Shown: positions 17,288-25,723 of the stretch, one piece after another
Numbering within the stretch: position 1 is the stretch's first letter
How the letters are laid out: each line of letters starts with the position of its first letter
Origin: Pyrolobus fumarii 1A
GTDB lineage: Archaea > Thermoproteota > Thermoprotei_A > Sulfolobales > Pyrodictiaceae
Reading direction: 5' to 3'
Assembly: GCF_000223395.1 (NCBI RefSeq)
Contig: NC_015931.1
Coordinates: 1,410,001-1,442,000, forward strand
DNA length: 32,000 nucleotides
Translations under genes and position numbers: made by a program
Notes under the pieces: model-generated
Database searches by the model: none
The model's input: the letters and a program-made list of their open reading frames with translations, nothing else
Told to the model about the DNA's origin: nothing

Positions 17288-18235
17288 GTGAGGAGTCTCG
17301 CCGGTCGGCATTTGCTATGGCTTGGCGATTTCGAGCCCTGGGAGATAAGGCGATTTGTGGAGGTAGGGTTGGAGCTCAAGCGTAGATACTATGCGGGTGA
17401 GCGGATAATCCCTGTATTGCGTGGCAAATCTGTAGCCCTGATCTTCGAGAAACCTAGTACAAGAACCCGTGTTAGTATGGAGTTAGCCGTCTGGCAACTT
17501 GGAGGTTATCCAGTGGTGCTTAATGCTAACGAGATGCAGCTCTCTAGAGGCGAGCCCGTGAAGGACACGGCACGTGTACTGTCTAGGTATGTTGATGCAA
17601 TAGCTGCTAGAGTGAAGAAGCATGAGACGCTTGAAGAGATGGCGAGGTATTCGAGTGTCCCAGTGATAAATATGCTGAGCGATTTTTCACACCCGCTTCA
17701 GGCGCTCGCCGATGTAATGACGATATGGGAGCGTTTCGGGCGTGTCGAGGGTGTATCGGTAAGCTATGTGGGTGATTGTGGGAACAATGTCGCGCATAGC
17801 TTGCTACTGGCTAGCGTCGCGCTTGGCGCGAAGGTGCGGCTAGGCTGTCCACGGGAATACAGGCCGGATGCGCGTGTGTTGCGTGCAGCGGAGGAGATGA
17901 GTGCGAAAAGCGGCGGTAGCTTTGAGATATATGATGATCCCGCCGAGGCTGTTAGAGGCGCCGACGTAGTCTATACTGATGTGTGGGTTAGTATGGGTCA
18001 AGAGGGTGAGGCAGAGGTTAGACGGGAGAAGTTACGTCCGTACCAAGTCAATGAGGAGCTAATGAGGTTAGCCTCGAGAAACGCTGTGTTCATGCACTGT
18101 CTTCCCGCTAGACGTGGTGAAGAGGTAACAGAGGATGTTATCGAGAGCCCGAGAAGTATAGTGTGGGAGCAGGCGGAGAACAGGCTACACGTCCAGAAAG
18201 CAGTATTAGCGCTTATTCTGGGCGGACTCTCCTAA
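17288..18235 (+). CDS. argF: ornithine carbamoyltransferase
   Basis: [22 protein letters not shown] and HCLPA motifs. GTG start. TATA-like CTTTATGAA at about 17246-17254. Confidence 0.93.
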   Translation: MRSLAGRHLLWLGDFEPWEIRRFVEVGLELKRRYYAGERIIPVLRGKSVALIFEKPSTRTRVSMELAVWQLGGYPVVLNANEMQLSRGEPVKDTARVLSRYVDAIAARVKKHETLEEMARYSSVPVINMLSDFSHPLQALADVMTIWERFGRVEGVSVSYVGDCGNNVAHSLLLASVALGAKVRLGCPREYRPDARVLRAAEEMSAKSGGSFEIYDDPAEAVRGADVVYTDVWVSMGQEGEAEVRREKLRPYQVNEELMRLASRNAVFMHCLPARRGEEVTEDVIESPRSIVWEQAENRLHVQKAVLALILGGLS

Positions 18236-18545
18236 CCTTAACACCAAGCTCTTTAGCCTTCTCCATAGCTTCCTTGGATAGCTTTGGACCGGAGCCATAG
18301 AGGACTAGCACTGGCTTAGCGTTTATGCTCTTAGCCTTCTTCGCGATGGCCTCGACAACTTCAGGGCCATAGACCTTGCTCTCTGTGAGCACATCGATGG
18401 CGTATATGGTACCCTCCTTCTCTGCGCGTATCGAAACTCTACCCTCGCTTGTCTCAAACCCAACCTTTACACTATAACCAGCCTCTACGTATAGCCCGGC
18501 GACGTAACCCTCGGGGCCAAACTTCTCCCTCAGCTTCTTTTGCAT
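18213..18545 (-). CDS. small PD-(D/E)xK (Mrr-cat / restriction-endonuclease-like fold) protein, ~110 aa
   Basis: The pattern [17 protein letters not shown]....[30 protein letters not shown]....PVLVLYG resembles Mrr-type catalytic cores (E...D...ExK). ATG at 18545, with an alternative GTG at 18584 that lies about 24 nt from the A/T box at 18604-18614. The 3' end overlaps argF by 23 nt, convergently. Confidence 0.5.
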   Translation of the reverse strand: MQKKLREKFGPEGYVAGLYVEAGYSVKVGFETSEGRVSIRAEKEGTIYAIDVLTESKVYGPEVVEAIAKKAKSINAKPVLVLYGSGPKLSKEAMEKAKELGVKVRRVRPE

Positions 18546-18604
18546 GAAGACTATGCGCGCGAGGCTCAACCGTATCCACCCCACGGCGCGACAAATTGCC
18601 TCGC

Positions 18605-18614
18605 TTTTTATAAG
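18605..18614. promoter_or_regulatory. TATA-like box TTTTTATAAG (near-palindromic, could fire in either direction)
   Basis: The strongest A/T box in the 18546-18759 gap. It is about 29 nt upstream of the predicted 5' end of the plus-strand C/D sRNA candidate and about 24 nt from GTG 18584 on the minus strand. Confidence 0.4.
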
Positions 18615-18638
18615 TAAGCTGGGGTCAGTGTATTCCCG

Positions 18639-18701
18639 TTGGCGTGATGAGAGGCTGGCCCACCCACGCTGAATGGTGCTGAATGAACCCGCGGCTGACA
18701 A
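18639..18701 (+). ncRNA. candidate C/D box sRNA (non-canonical first spacer)
   Basis: GTGATGA (C, 18644-18650), an 18-nt spacer, CTGA (D', 18669-18672), ATG, GTGCTGA (C', one mismatch, 18676-18682), a 12-nt guide ATGAACCCGCGG, then CTGA (D, 18695-18698). Short TTG/CAA terminal pairing. The C-to-D' spacer is longer than the usual 12 nt. Confidence 0.4.
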
Positions 18702-18759
18702 GCTATCAGCGCTCCCGTATTAGCTGCCGAGTTCTTCAATCCGGCCGGGGCGGCACCCC

Positions 18760-19062
18760 GTGGCGGAAATCCTTGGCATCGCTGGGGCAGCACTGATAGT
18801 GGTTGCATGGGCAGTTGCGCTGCGTATGCCGCCACCACCAGTAGGCTTGTCAGGGCTATACGCAGTGGGTAGCCTCCTCCTGACGCTCTATGCCATTAGG
18901 CGCGGTGACCCCATATTCACGCTGCTGAATGGACTTGCATTCATACTCGCTGTTGTTAACGTAATGCGGGTTAGAGGCGTTTATAGAGCCGGAGGGTTGC
19001 GAGAGCAGGGCGTCAAACGTGGCGGTGAGGCAAATCTTCAGGGCGATGGACAAGTTCGGTGA
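18760..19062 (+). CDS. small hydrophobic membrane protein (100 aa, ~3 TM)
   Basis: GTG start and three hydrophobic segments. Its 3' end overlaps the 5' end of aglB. No family confidently recognised. Confidence 0.5.
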   Translation: MAEILGIAGAALIVVAWAVALRMPPPPVGLSGLYAVGSLLLTLYAIRRGDPIFTLLNGLAFILAVVNVMRVRGVYRAGGLREQGVKRGGEANLQGDGQVR

Positions 19063-21334
19063 GAGACTAGCATCGGGAAAGTTAAGGCTGGTACTCTATA
19101 CCTCTATACTCGTACTTTCTGTCATACTTGCAGTGATGCTTAGGGGGCTGGCCTGGCCAGTATGGGTGAAATACGGAGTCTATATTGACGCGTTTGACCC
19201 GTGGATAGAATACTGGACTGCAAAGTATCTGTACACGCATGGTTTGAGCTCCTGGTGGGACCTGAGACCGCCGAACCCCGATGTGATGAAGTTCTGGTAC
19301 CCATGGGGTCGAGACTTTACGAGATCCTCATACCCCCTAGTCCCCATGTTAATCGCGTCAACCTATCCACTAGTGTCGTGGATGCTTAGTTTCGAGCAAT
19401 GGGCTGCATGGGTGCCTCCCCTCGCCGGCGCAGCCCTCGTTATAGTAGTCTCGTGGCTACTGTACAGAAGGTATGGTTTGCTCGCTGGGGTGACCGGCGC
19501 GTTACTGACTGCAATGCTTCCAGCGTCACTTGATAGAACGCTCCTCGGCTTCATAGAGAAGGAGGGCGTTGTACTCCCCCTCGTGATACTCTCGGTATAC
19601 TTAATGTCGCGTAGTCTAGACAACCTCGATAACCCGGTGAAACGCAGAGTCTATGCATTCGCAGCTGGACTTGCTGGCGCGCTGGTAGGCCTAGGATGGG
19701 GTGGCTACCTGCTACCCGTGTTTGTAGCTGCACTCTCAGTTGTTCTACTCCCCGCGGCAGGGATACGAGTCAAGAGAGAGTACATCGACATACCAATCCT
19801 ATACTGGGTTGGCCTACTACCAGCTATGCTCTTCTCTAGATGGCGCGGCATAGGCGCTATGATCGGTATGCCTGGTGGCGTTCTGCTAGCAGCTGCGGCA
19901 GGCGTGATTGTACTCGCATACCTCTACGACATGGTTGAAAAAAGACGTACAAGATTCACGAATGTGTTACGCACCGTATTGAACTCGCCAGTGCGCTATA
20001 CTCTCGCAACCGTCTCGCTGCTGACAATAGTGTTCATTGTAGGCGTGTTTACGGGTATAATGCCAGCTAGGTCGGCATTCTTGCTACTACCAGGTGCACT
20101 CAAGACAGTCATAGTAGAGCAGCGAGGCCCGCTTGTCGAGTCTATAGCGGAGCATGCAGCAGACCCTGTCAAGGCTATTAACGAGGCTACACTAATGGCT
20201 GTGCTCTTCGCGCTTCTCGGCATAATATATCTTGCATATCGCGTGCTTATGCGTGGTGTAGCGGGCGACATCCCGGTACTGGTTGCAACATCTGTAGGAT
20301 ACTATGCGATGTTCAACGCAGCATACTTCCTCCAGACGGGTGGTGTTTTCACTGCGCTTGCTGCTGCCGCTCTCCTCGGAGTTGCTAGTGAATACCTAAC
20401 GCCTGGGGCACAGCGTGGACGCAGAAGAGTCCACACTGTTGAATCGCAAAGTGTGGTCAGGGTACTCGCCGTAGTCGTAGCTGTGCTTCTCGTGCTAAAC
20501 GCTGGCATCAGTGTTGCTCTAAAATCGCCGCTCTACGCCACGCGGCTCCCGCTGGTGCTAACCTCCGGTGTATCCACAACAGCCTACATACCATCGTGGT
20601 ACATGTTCCTCAAGTATATCAATACGAGCACGCCGTCAGACACAGTAGTCGTCTCGTGGTGGGACTATGGTTACTGGTTGAGTGTTGTTGGCGATAGGGC
20701 CTCGTTAGCAGATGGCGCGACAATGAATGCTACCCAGATTAGTCTACTTGCGAGGATACTTGTTGGCGACTATCATGAAGCCGTTAAGCTGCTCGAGAAG
20801 CTAAAGTGTAGACCTAACAGGACGTTGATAGTAGCATATGGGCTCTACCAGCTGGTTAGGCAGGGCGATAGAGTCGTAGCTATGTTGTTGCCGACTGCAG
20901 GCGACCTACCCAAATCATACTGGATGATAAGAATTGGCGGGCTACCCCTCAACGAGTATATAGGCGATATCCCGGTAAACGTTGGAGGCAACACAGTCAC
21001 AGTTAGAACGTTTAACGTCTATAGTGAGGCTTTCCAGAATGCCTTGTTGTACAGGTTGTTGTTCCAAGCGCCACTAATGTTGAACGAGGAAAATGTGGTC
21101 AAGTTTGTCGATAAGCGTATAGAGAGTATAGTAGATGGTGCCGAGATAGTGCCTGCGCTCGCTATACCACTTAGAGGCAACCAAGTTGCGATAGTTGAGT
21201 TGCAAGGGTCTGCGACAAGGCTTCTAGCTGTGCCAGAAGGGTTCCGACATGCAGTGGTGTCAGCATATCCGTTGATGGCATCTGGTAACACGGTCGTTGC
21301 TGTCATAGTGGCAGCTTTCGAGTGGACCGGTTAA
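19019..21334 (+). CDS. aglB: archaeal oligosaccharyltransferase AglB (STT3 family)
   Basis: 771 aa with about 13 N-terminal TM helices. The first-loop acidic motif YIDAFDPW and the signature WWDYGYW (VVSWWDYGYWLS). GTG at 19019, with an alternative ATG at 19046. Confidence 0.93.
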   Translation: MAVRQIFRAMDKFGERLASGKLRLVLYTSILVLSVILAVMLRGLAWPVWVKYGVYIDAFDPWIEYWTAKYLYTHGLSSWWDLRPPNPDVMKFWYPWGRDFTRSSYPLVPMLIASTYPLVSWMLSFEQWAAWVPPLAGAALVIVVSWLLYRRYGLLAGVTGALLTAMLPASLDRTLLGFIEKEGVVLPLVILSVYLMSRSLDNLDNPVKRRVYAFAAGLAGALVGLGWGGYLLPVFVAALSVVLLPAAGIRVKREYIDIPILYWVGLLPAMLFSRWRGIGAMIGMPGGVLLAAAAGVIVLAYLYDMVEKRRTRFTNVLRTVLNSPVRYTLATVSLLTIVFIVGVFTGIMPARSAFLLLPGALKTVIVEQRGPLVESIAEHAADPVKAINEATLMAVLFALLGIIYLAYRVLMRGVAGDIPVLVATSVGYYAMFNAAYFLQTGGVFTALAAAALLGVASEYLTPGAQRGRRRVHTVESQSVVRVLAVVVAVLLVLNAGISVALKSPLYATRLPLVLTSGVSTTAYIPSWYMFLKYINTSTPSDTVVVSWWDYGYWLSVVGDRASLADGATMNATQISLLARILVGDYHEAVKLLEKLKCRPNRTLIVAYGLYQLVRQGDRVVAMLLPTAGDLPKSYWMIRIGGLPLNEYIGDIPVNVGGNTVTVRTFNVYSEAFQNALLYRLLFQAPLMLNEENVVKFVDKRIESIVDGAEIVPALAIPLRGNQVAIVELQGSATRLLAVPEGFRHAVVSAYPLMASGNTVVAVIVAAFEWTG

Positions 21335-21341
21335 CCTTCTA

Positions 21342-21380
21342 GCGTAGTAACACTACGCCGCTAGTCAATGCCCTCTTTTT
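21342..21380 (+). terminator. putative aglB terminator: hairpin GCGTAGT-aac-ACTACGC followed by CTCTTTTT
   Basis: A perfect 7-bp stem at 21342-21358 begins 8 nt after the aglB stop. A T5 tract lies at 21376-21380, and archaeal termination uses oligo-T. Confidence 0.45.
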
Positions 21381-21431
21381 ACCATACGATACCCCTAGGG
21401 TTGGCGTACAATCAGCCAAGGTGCCTAGACA

Positions 21432-21725
21432 TTGCCGTGCGATCCCAGTATCGTGCGGAGGGCGGGATTCCTAGTGTTGTTCGCAGCGGTACGCGCAGCT
21501 ATGCGCGGTGATAACGAGCTGCGTGAGGCTTTGGAGATGCTTGCTCTGCGTCTGGATCTTCTTGCATCCCTGGATATGCCAGTTACACTCGACCCCGAAG
21601 TTGAAAGAATAATACGCAAGATAGGTAATCGCATAAGCGATGGACTAGAATGGGTCATGAACGAAGTGTGTGATATGCTAAAGTGCATGGGTCTCACTTG
21701 TAAACCTAGCGGCGGTACTTCTTAG
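21432..21725 (+). CDS. hypothetical small helical protein (97 aa from TTG; 74 aa from ATG 21501)
   Basis: The plus-strand product is charged and helical (MRGDNELREALEMLALRLDLL...), whereas the overlapping minus ORF is S/R-rich junk. Start uncertain. Confidence 0.4.
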   Translation: MPCDPSIVRRAGFLVLFAAVRAAMRGDNELREALEMLALRLDLLASLDMPVTLDPEVERIIRKIGNRISDGLEWVMNEVCDMLKCMGLTCKPSGGTS

Positions 21726-21750
21726 GTCAGAGCTTGTTGGCTGCGCATTA

Positions 21751-22011
21751 ATGGGGGCCGGAATGTACACTGTCTACACCTTCGAGCTAGAGGGTCGTCT
21801 GAGAGTTGTCGTCTACTCTAGCGAAGGAAGGGTTGAAGAGCTGGTAACCGAGGGCGAGCGTGTTGAGCTTAAAGGTGCTGAGAGTGTAGCGTTAATATCG
21901 GGATTTGAGAGGCCTGGTCTTGTTGCTAGGTTCGCTTCACGCCCGTGTGTAGAGAAGACGAGCTGGGGGGTGGAGGTGCATCCCTGTGGAACTGGTAGTG
22001 GAGAAGAGTAA
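21751..22011 (+). CDS. hypothetical small beta-rich protein (86 aa)
   Basis: Intact ORF overlapping the next gene by 26 nt. No family recognised. Confidence 0.5.
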   Translation: MGAGMYTVYTFELEGRLRVVVYSSEGRVEELVTEGERVELKGAESVALISGFERPGLVARFASRPCVEKTSWGVEVHPCGTGSGEE

Positions 22012-22402
22012 GAGCCGTAGAGGCCTGCACGCTATAGTGAGGAAAGTGTTTGTCGTGTCGCGTAATGGGAATGTTGTCGAGGTTACTGGGCCCCGTGTGG
22101 GGGCGGCAGAGAAGACCTACTCGCGGGGCGAGGCTTACCTTGTAAAAGTCCAGCCTGGTAAAGACGATGTTGTTGTGTATGTAGTGCTTGTGAAGGGGCT
22201 AAGAGGGCGCGTCAAGGGTTACTTTGAGGTGTATGACAGTACTGGAAGGCTTGTTTATCGTGCCGTCTACCGTAAGTTGAAGCTCCGTTATAGCAAGGGT
22301 GATCCTAACTATGCGTGGGCGGTGAAGCTCGTAGTAGAGAAGTTGGATATCCCGGTCAAGAAGTATAACCTTGTACCGGCATGGCTAAGAAGGGGCCGAT
22401 GA
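21986..22402 (+). CDS. hypothetical basic beta-rich protein (138 aa)
   Basis: GTG start preceded by GGTGGAGGTG (a strong SD) 8-10 nt upstream, inside the previous ORF. No family recognised. Confidence 0.6.
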   Translation: MELVVEKSKSRRGLHAIVRKVFVVSRNGNVVEVTGPRVGAAEKTYSRGEAYLVKVQPGKDDVVVYVVLVKGLRGRVKGYFEVYDSTGRLVYRAVYRKLKLRYSKGDPNYAWAVKLVVEKLDIPVKKYNLVPAWLRRGR

Positions 22403-22459
22403 CCGGCCTTTCGGGCCGTTAGGATCCGATGCGGTATTCACGGACCGGGGGAGGCCCTC

Positions 22460-22750
22460 ATGGTGACACCCTGGAGGTTGCGTCCCCTAATAGAGCGTGA
22501 AATTAAGCGCATGCTAGTAGATGAGGCTAAGCGACGTGGCGTCGACCCACGTCAGTTAATAGAGTGGCTTCGCGAGGAGCATGGCATGCAAATAGGTGGT
22601 GCGCCAGATTGGCGTAGGGTAGAGAAGGCTATAGTCTCGAATACAGAGATTACGAGCTACGAGCTTGCATCCTTCCTCCAGGAGCTGGGTGTAGAGATAC
22701 CGGAGGAGAAGTGGATTGCAATCCTCAGGAAGTATGGTATCAGAGTGTAG
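22460..22750 (+). CDS. hypothetical small helical protein (96 aa)
   Basis: ATG preceded by GGGGGAGG 7 nt upstream. No family recognised. Confidence 0.6.
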   Translation: MVTPWRLRPLIEREIKRMLVDEAKRRGVDPRQLIEWLREEHGMQIGGAPDWRRVEKAIVSNTEITSYELASFLQELGVEIPEEKWIAILRKYGIRV

Positions 22751-23327
22751 TATTTGCCGGTTATACGAGATTGCCGTTGAGGTTTCTAAACCTAAGCGAG
22801 GTGTCAAGCCAGGTTTCGATCCCGAGCATGTCATAGGGTATATACTGCTAGCTGCTCGTGGCCCAATAGGTAGGCCTCTTGCAGCGAAGGCACTGGGCAT
22901 AGGTGACACAGCTGCTAAAACGATGATACGTAGGCTTCGCGAGATAGGTGTGATAGAAACCCGTGGCAGGGAAGGCTCAAGTTTAAAGCAAGAGCTCAGG
23001 CAGATTGTGGAGAACATACATTTCTGTCAGAACGGTAATTGTATTGGTATCAACATTTGTGGAATTGATGTATGTGAGGCATCACGTGGGCTAAGCAAAG
23101 TGCTCGAGTTGCGTGATAGTCTAGTGAGTCGTGGCGTTACGCCGCTGCTAATACTTTGTTGTTCCTCGGGATTTGTAGCTCCTGGTGCACCTCACGATGT
23201 AGTAGACGGTCTAATATCAAGTTGCTTGGAGTGTGAAGGACGCGACATTTGTGTCGTGCTTGGGGGTGATATCGGGTTAGTCGAAGTTAGCAGAGTAATC
23301 TTGGCTATTGCTAAGGTAGTATGCTAA
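22734..23327 (+). CDS. putative wHTH regulator with a Cys-rich C-terminal domain (possibly the archaeal DUF4443-type)
   Basis: HTH-like segment PLAAKALGIGDTAAKTMIRRLREIGVIETRG, followed by CQNGNCIGINICGIDVC plus CC and CLEC motifs. ATG at 22734, with an upstream TTG at 22716. It overlaps the previous ORF by 17 nt. Confidence 0.6.
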   Translation: MVSECSICRLYEIAVEVSKPKRGVKPGFDPEHVIGYILLAARGPIGRPLAAKALGIGDTAAKTMIRRLREIGVIETRGREGSSLKQELRQIVENIHFCQNGNCIGINICGIDVCEASRGLSKVLELRDSLVSRGVTPLLILCCSSGFVAPGAPHDVVDGLISSCLECEGRDICVVLGGDIGLVEVSRVILAIAKVVC

Positions 23328-23914
23328 TCTTCAGTTGTGATTTCCCTTATGCGTGCAACCCCATCTATCTCCCTGATTATTCTCACAACGGCGGGTGGTA
23401 CTAGGTGCTCCCATGCTCCACCTGCTGCTATAAGACGACGAATGTGCTCGCCTCTAAGCTCGTTACGGTTAAAAGCGGGAGGCTTCTCAACTTTGATGCC
23501 AGCCTCGCGGAAAACACGTGCTATCACAGGGTTCCTCGTTATTATTGATTCAACGGGCGGTACGTGGGTTAACACGTAATGGGCAGCACCTACATGCACC
23601 TCCATGGTCGGCAATGTCGCTGTTATGATCCTTGATAAGTCGATGCCAGCTTCTCGTAGAGCTTCGCGTATCATCCAGATGCGTTCACCTGCGGTGAAAG
23701 GGTTGCGGGGGGTGTGACTCTCGCTCGCCATGCCTACCATTATGACTATCTCATCGTATTTTCGCTCCTCTAGAGCCCACTTGACGACCATGAGGTGGCC
23801 GAGATGGAATGGCTGGAAGCGCCCGAAGAACAACGTGCGTCTAACCAATACGGGTATCCCCGGCTGCAGGCCGGGTGGTGAGTGATAGTGGATAAAGGTG
23901 GTGTATCGTGGCAC
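23324..23914 (-). CDS. nicotinamide-nucleotide adenylyltransferase (archaeal NMNAT)
   Basis: GRFQPFHLGH nucleotidyltransferase motif (HxGH type) close to the N-terminus, and family-typical length. The longest ORF starts at GTG 23914. TTG 23848 (LVRRTLFFGRFQPFHLGH) would give the usual short N-terminus. Confidence 0.88.
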   Translation of the reverse strand: MPRYTTFIHYHSPPGLQPGIPVLVRRTLFFGRFQPFHLGHLMVVKWALEERKYDEIVIMVGMASESHTPRNPFTAGERIWMIREALREAGIDLSRIITATLPTMEVHVGAAHYVLTHVPPVESIITRNPVIARVFREAGIKVEKPPAFNRNELRGEHIRRLIAAGGAWEHLVPPAVVRIIREIDGVARIREITTED

Positions 23915-25041
23915 GCATACTATTCTTGGTAAACCCTATTGCGGGGTTAGGAGGGCCTAGAGGATTACGTGGTACTGATGAGGATATTGGTAGAAGGTTG
24001 TTGCTAGAGTATCGTAGCGAGCCTCCAGCTTACGCTCGTGCAAGGAGATTCCTTGCGAGGTTGAGAAAGCTAGGGTGTGTCAAGAAGATAATGTCTGTGG
24101 CTGGCGGCATGGGTGCCGAGTTGGCTCGTAGTGAGGGTTTTGACGTAGAAGTTGTTTACGAGTCTCGTGAGTGGCCTACGCGTAGCACGGACACAGTTTC
24201 TGCCGTTATGGAGGGAATCAGCAAAGGCGTAGACATTGTAGTGTTTGTCGGTGGCGATGGTACGGCTAGGCTTGTTGCGGACGCGCTCGTTAAAATGAAT
24301 GCGATTGACCGGATAGTTGTGTTGGGTGTCCCGGCTGGAGTCAAGATGTACAGCTCGATATTCGGTGTAAACCCTGAGGCTGCAGCAGATGCACTGTGTA
24401 ACTTCCTTGTTGGCCGGGCTGTTGCGTGTGAAGGTGAGGTGGTCGATGTTGATGAGGAGGCTTTTAGGCGAGACGAGCTGCGTCTAAAGCTATACGCGCT
24501 AGTAAAGAGCATATGTGCGCCAGGTGTTGTCGGTATATCGAAGCAGCCTAGTATATCAACTAGTGAGGAAGAGGAGAACAAGCTAGCCATAGCGAGATAC
24601 ATTGTCGAGCGAATGGAGAAGTGTAGTCTTTACATATTAGGCCCGGGGTCGACTGTAGCAGCGATTGCTAAAGTACTAGGTAAGCCGAAGACATTACTCG
24701 GTGTTGATGTGTATCATGGCCATGTTCCAGTGGCGCTTAACGTTGACGAGGAGACGCTTTACAAACTGGTTACGAACCATCCAGGAAAGAAGTACATAAT
24801 AGTCACGCCTATAGGAGGGCAGGGTTTCATATTAGGTAGAGGAAATCAACAAATATCTCCACGTGTGATACGCGCCGTTGGAGTAGACAATGTGATAGTG
24901 GTTGCTACTTGGAGTAAGATTCGCTCACTTCGTTACAGGTTAAGGGTGGATACTGGCGATCCAGAGTTAGACGACGCTCTTAGAGGGTATAGGCGTGTGG
25001 TGGTCGATTATAACGAGGAAGTTGTTGCTAAGGTTGAGTAG
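23908..25041 (+). CDS. ATP-NAD kinase-like protein (COG3199-type predicted NAD kinase)
   Basis: VVFVGGDGTARL GGDGT motif of the NAD kinase / diacylglycerol kinase fold. 377 aa. GTG start preceded by AAGGTGGTG (SD). Confidence 0.75.
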   Translation: MARILFLVNPIAGLGGPRGLRGTDEDIGRRLLLEYRSEPPAYARARRFLARLRKLGCVKKIMSVAGGMGAELARSEGFDVEVVYESREWPTRSTDTVSAVMEGISKGVDIVVFVGGDGTARLVADALVKMNAIDRIVVLGVPAGVKMYSSIFGVNPEAAADALCNFLVGRAVACEGEVVDVDEEAFRRDELRLKLYALVKSICAPGVVGISKQPSISTSEEEENKLAIARYIVERMEKCSLYILGPGSTVAAIAKVLGKPKTLLGVDVYHGHVPVALNVDEETLYKLVTNHPGKKYIIVTPIGGQGFILGRGNQQISPRVIRAVGVDNVIVVATWSKIRSLRYRLRVDTGDPELDDALRGYRRVVVDYNEEVVAKVE

Positions 25042-25660
25042 AGAGGAGCCAAAGTGCAAGGAATGCTATCGATGCGTAGATGCCAGCAGCGTAGAATAGC
25101 GGTCTATCGTCGCAGAGTGTTCTAGGTCTTGCTGCCGCTAGCGCCAATTGTGGAGCGGCAAAAGCTGCTACGAGTGTACTAGGGTCATTTGTCAACAGGT
25201 ATACCAGTATACCGCTTGCTATGCTTGCTGCTAGTACAGCCTCGGCTAGCCTGGCACTGACAGTCTTAAAGATGGCATAGGTAGCTAGTAGTGCAGCTGC
25301 AAAAGCGGCTATATGGAGCGGGTCTATCTGGGCAGTGTACAGCCACGCTGCGAGAGCGAAGAGAGATGCGTATAAGGGCAGGAAGCCTGTCCTGTACAGT
25401 ATGCAGCTATAACCCTCGAGGTTTATTGGAGGGTTTCTCCAGCCAGCGGCGAGCAGCGCCACATGAACTATTGTTACGGCGGCAACAGTGTCAAGGTCGT
25501 AGCCAGCCATGTGTAGCGAAAGCGCGAATACTCCAGTGTACAACCCCGCCAGTACAACATCTAGCATTGTGACGCTCTTCTTGCCTATAGGTCCAAGCGC
25601 CTTGGCGATTCTCTCTTCCACTCCCCGTGCCCCCTCGGCCTTAGAGAGTATACCCCACAA
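25028..25660 (-). CDS. hypothetical Ala-rich integral membrane protein (210 aa)
   Basis: Five to six hydrophobic segments. TTG start, with an alternative ATG at 25567. No family recognised. Confidence 0.55.
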   Translation of the reverse strand: MWGILSKAEGARGVEERIAKALGPIGKKSVTMLDVVLAGLYTGVFALSLHMAGYDLDTVAAVTIVHVALLAAGWRNPPINLEGYSCILYRTGFLPLYASLFALAAWLYTAQIDPLHIAAFAAALLATYAIFKTVSARLAEAVLAASIASGILVYLLTNDPSTLVAAFAAPQLALAAARPRTLCDDRPLFYAAGIYASIAFLALWLLSTQP

Positions 25661-25723
25661 AGCCCTATATGATAGCAGAAGATTAGTTGCATGGTCGGGA
25701 ATAGTACGTAGAGTCTAAAAAGC

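Noticed and set aside
21425-21697. Minus-strand 90-aa ORF opposite the 21432..21725 plus-strand ORF.
   Set aside because: The product is Ser/Arg-rich and low in complexity (SRDARRSRRRASISKASRSS), which is typical of an antisense artefact. The plus-strand product is charged, helical and protein-like.
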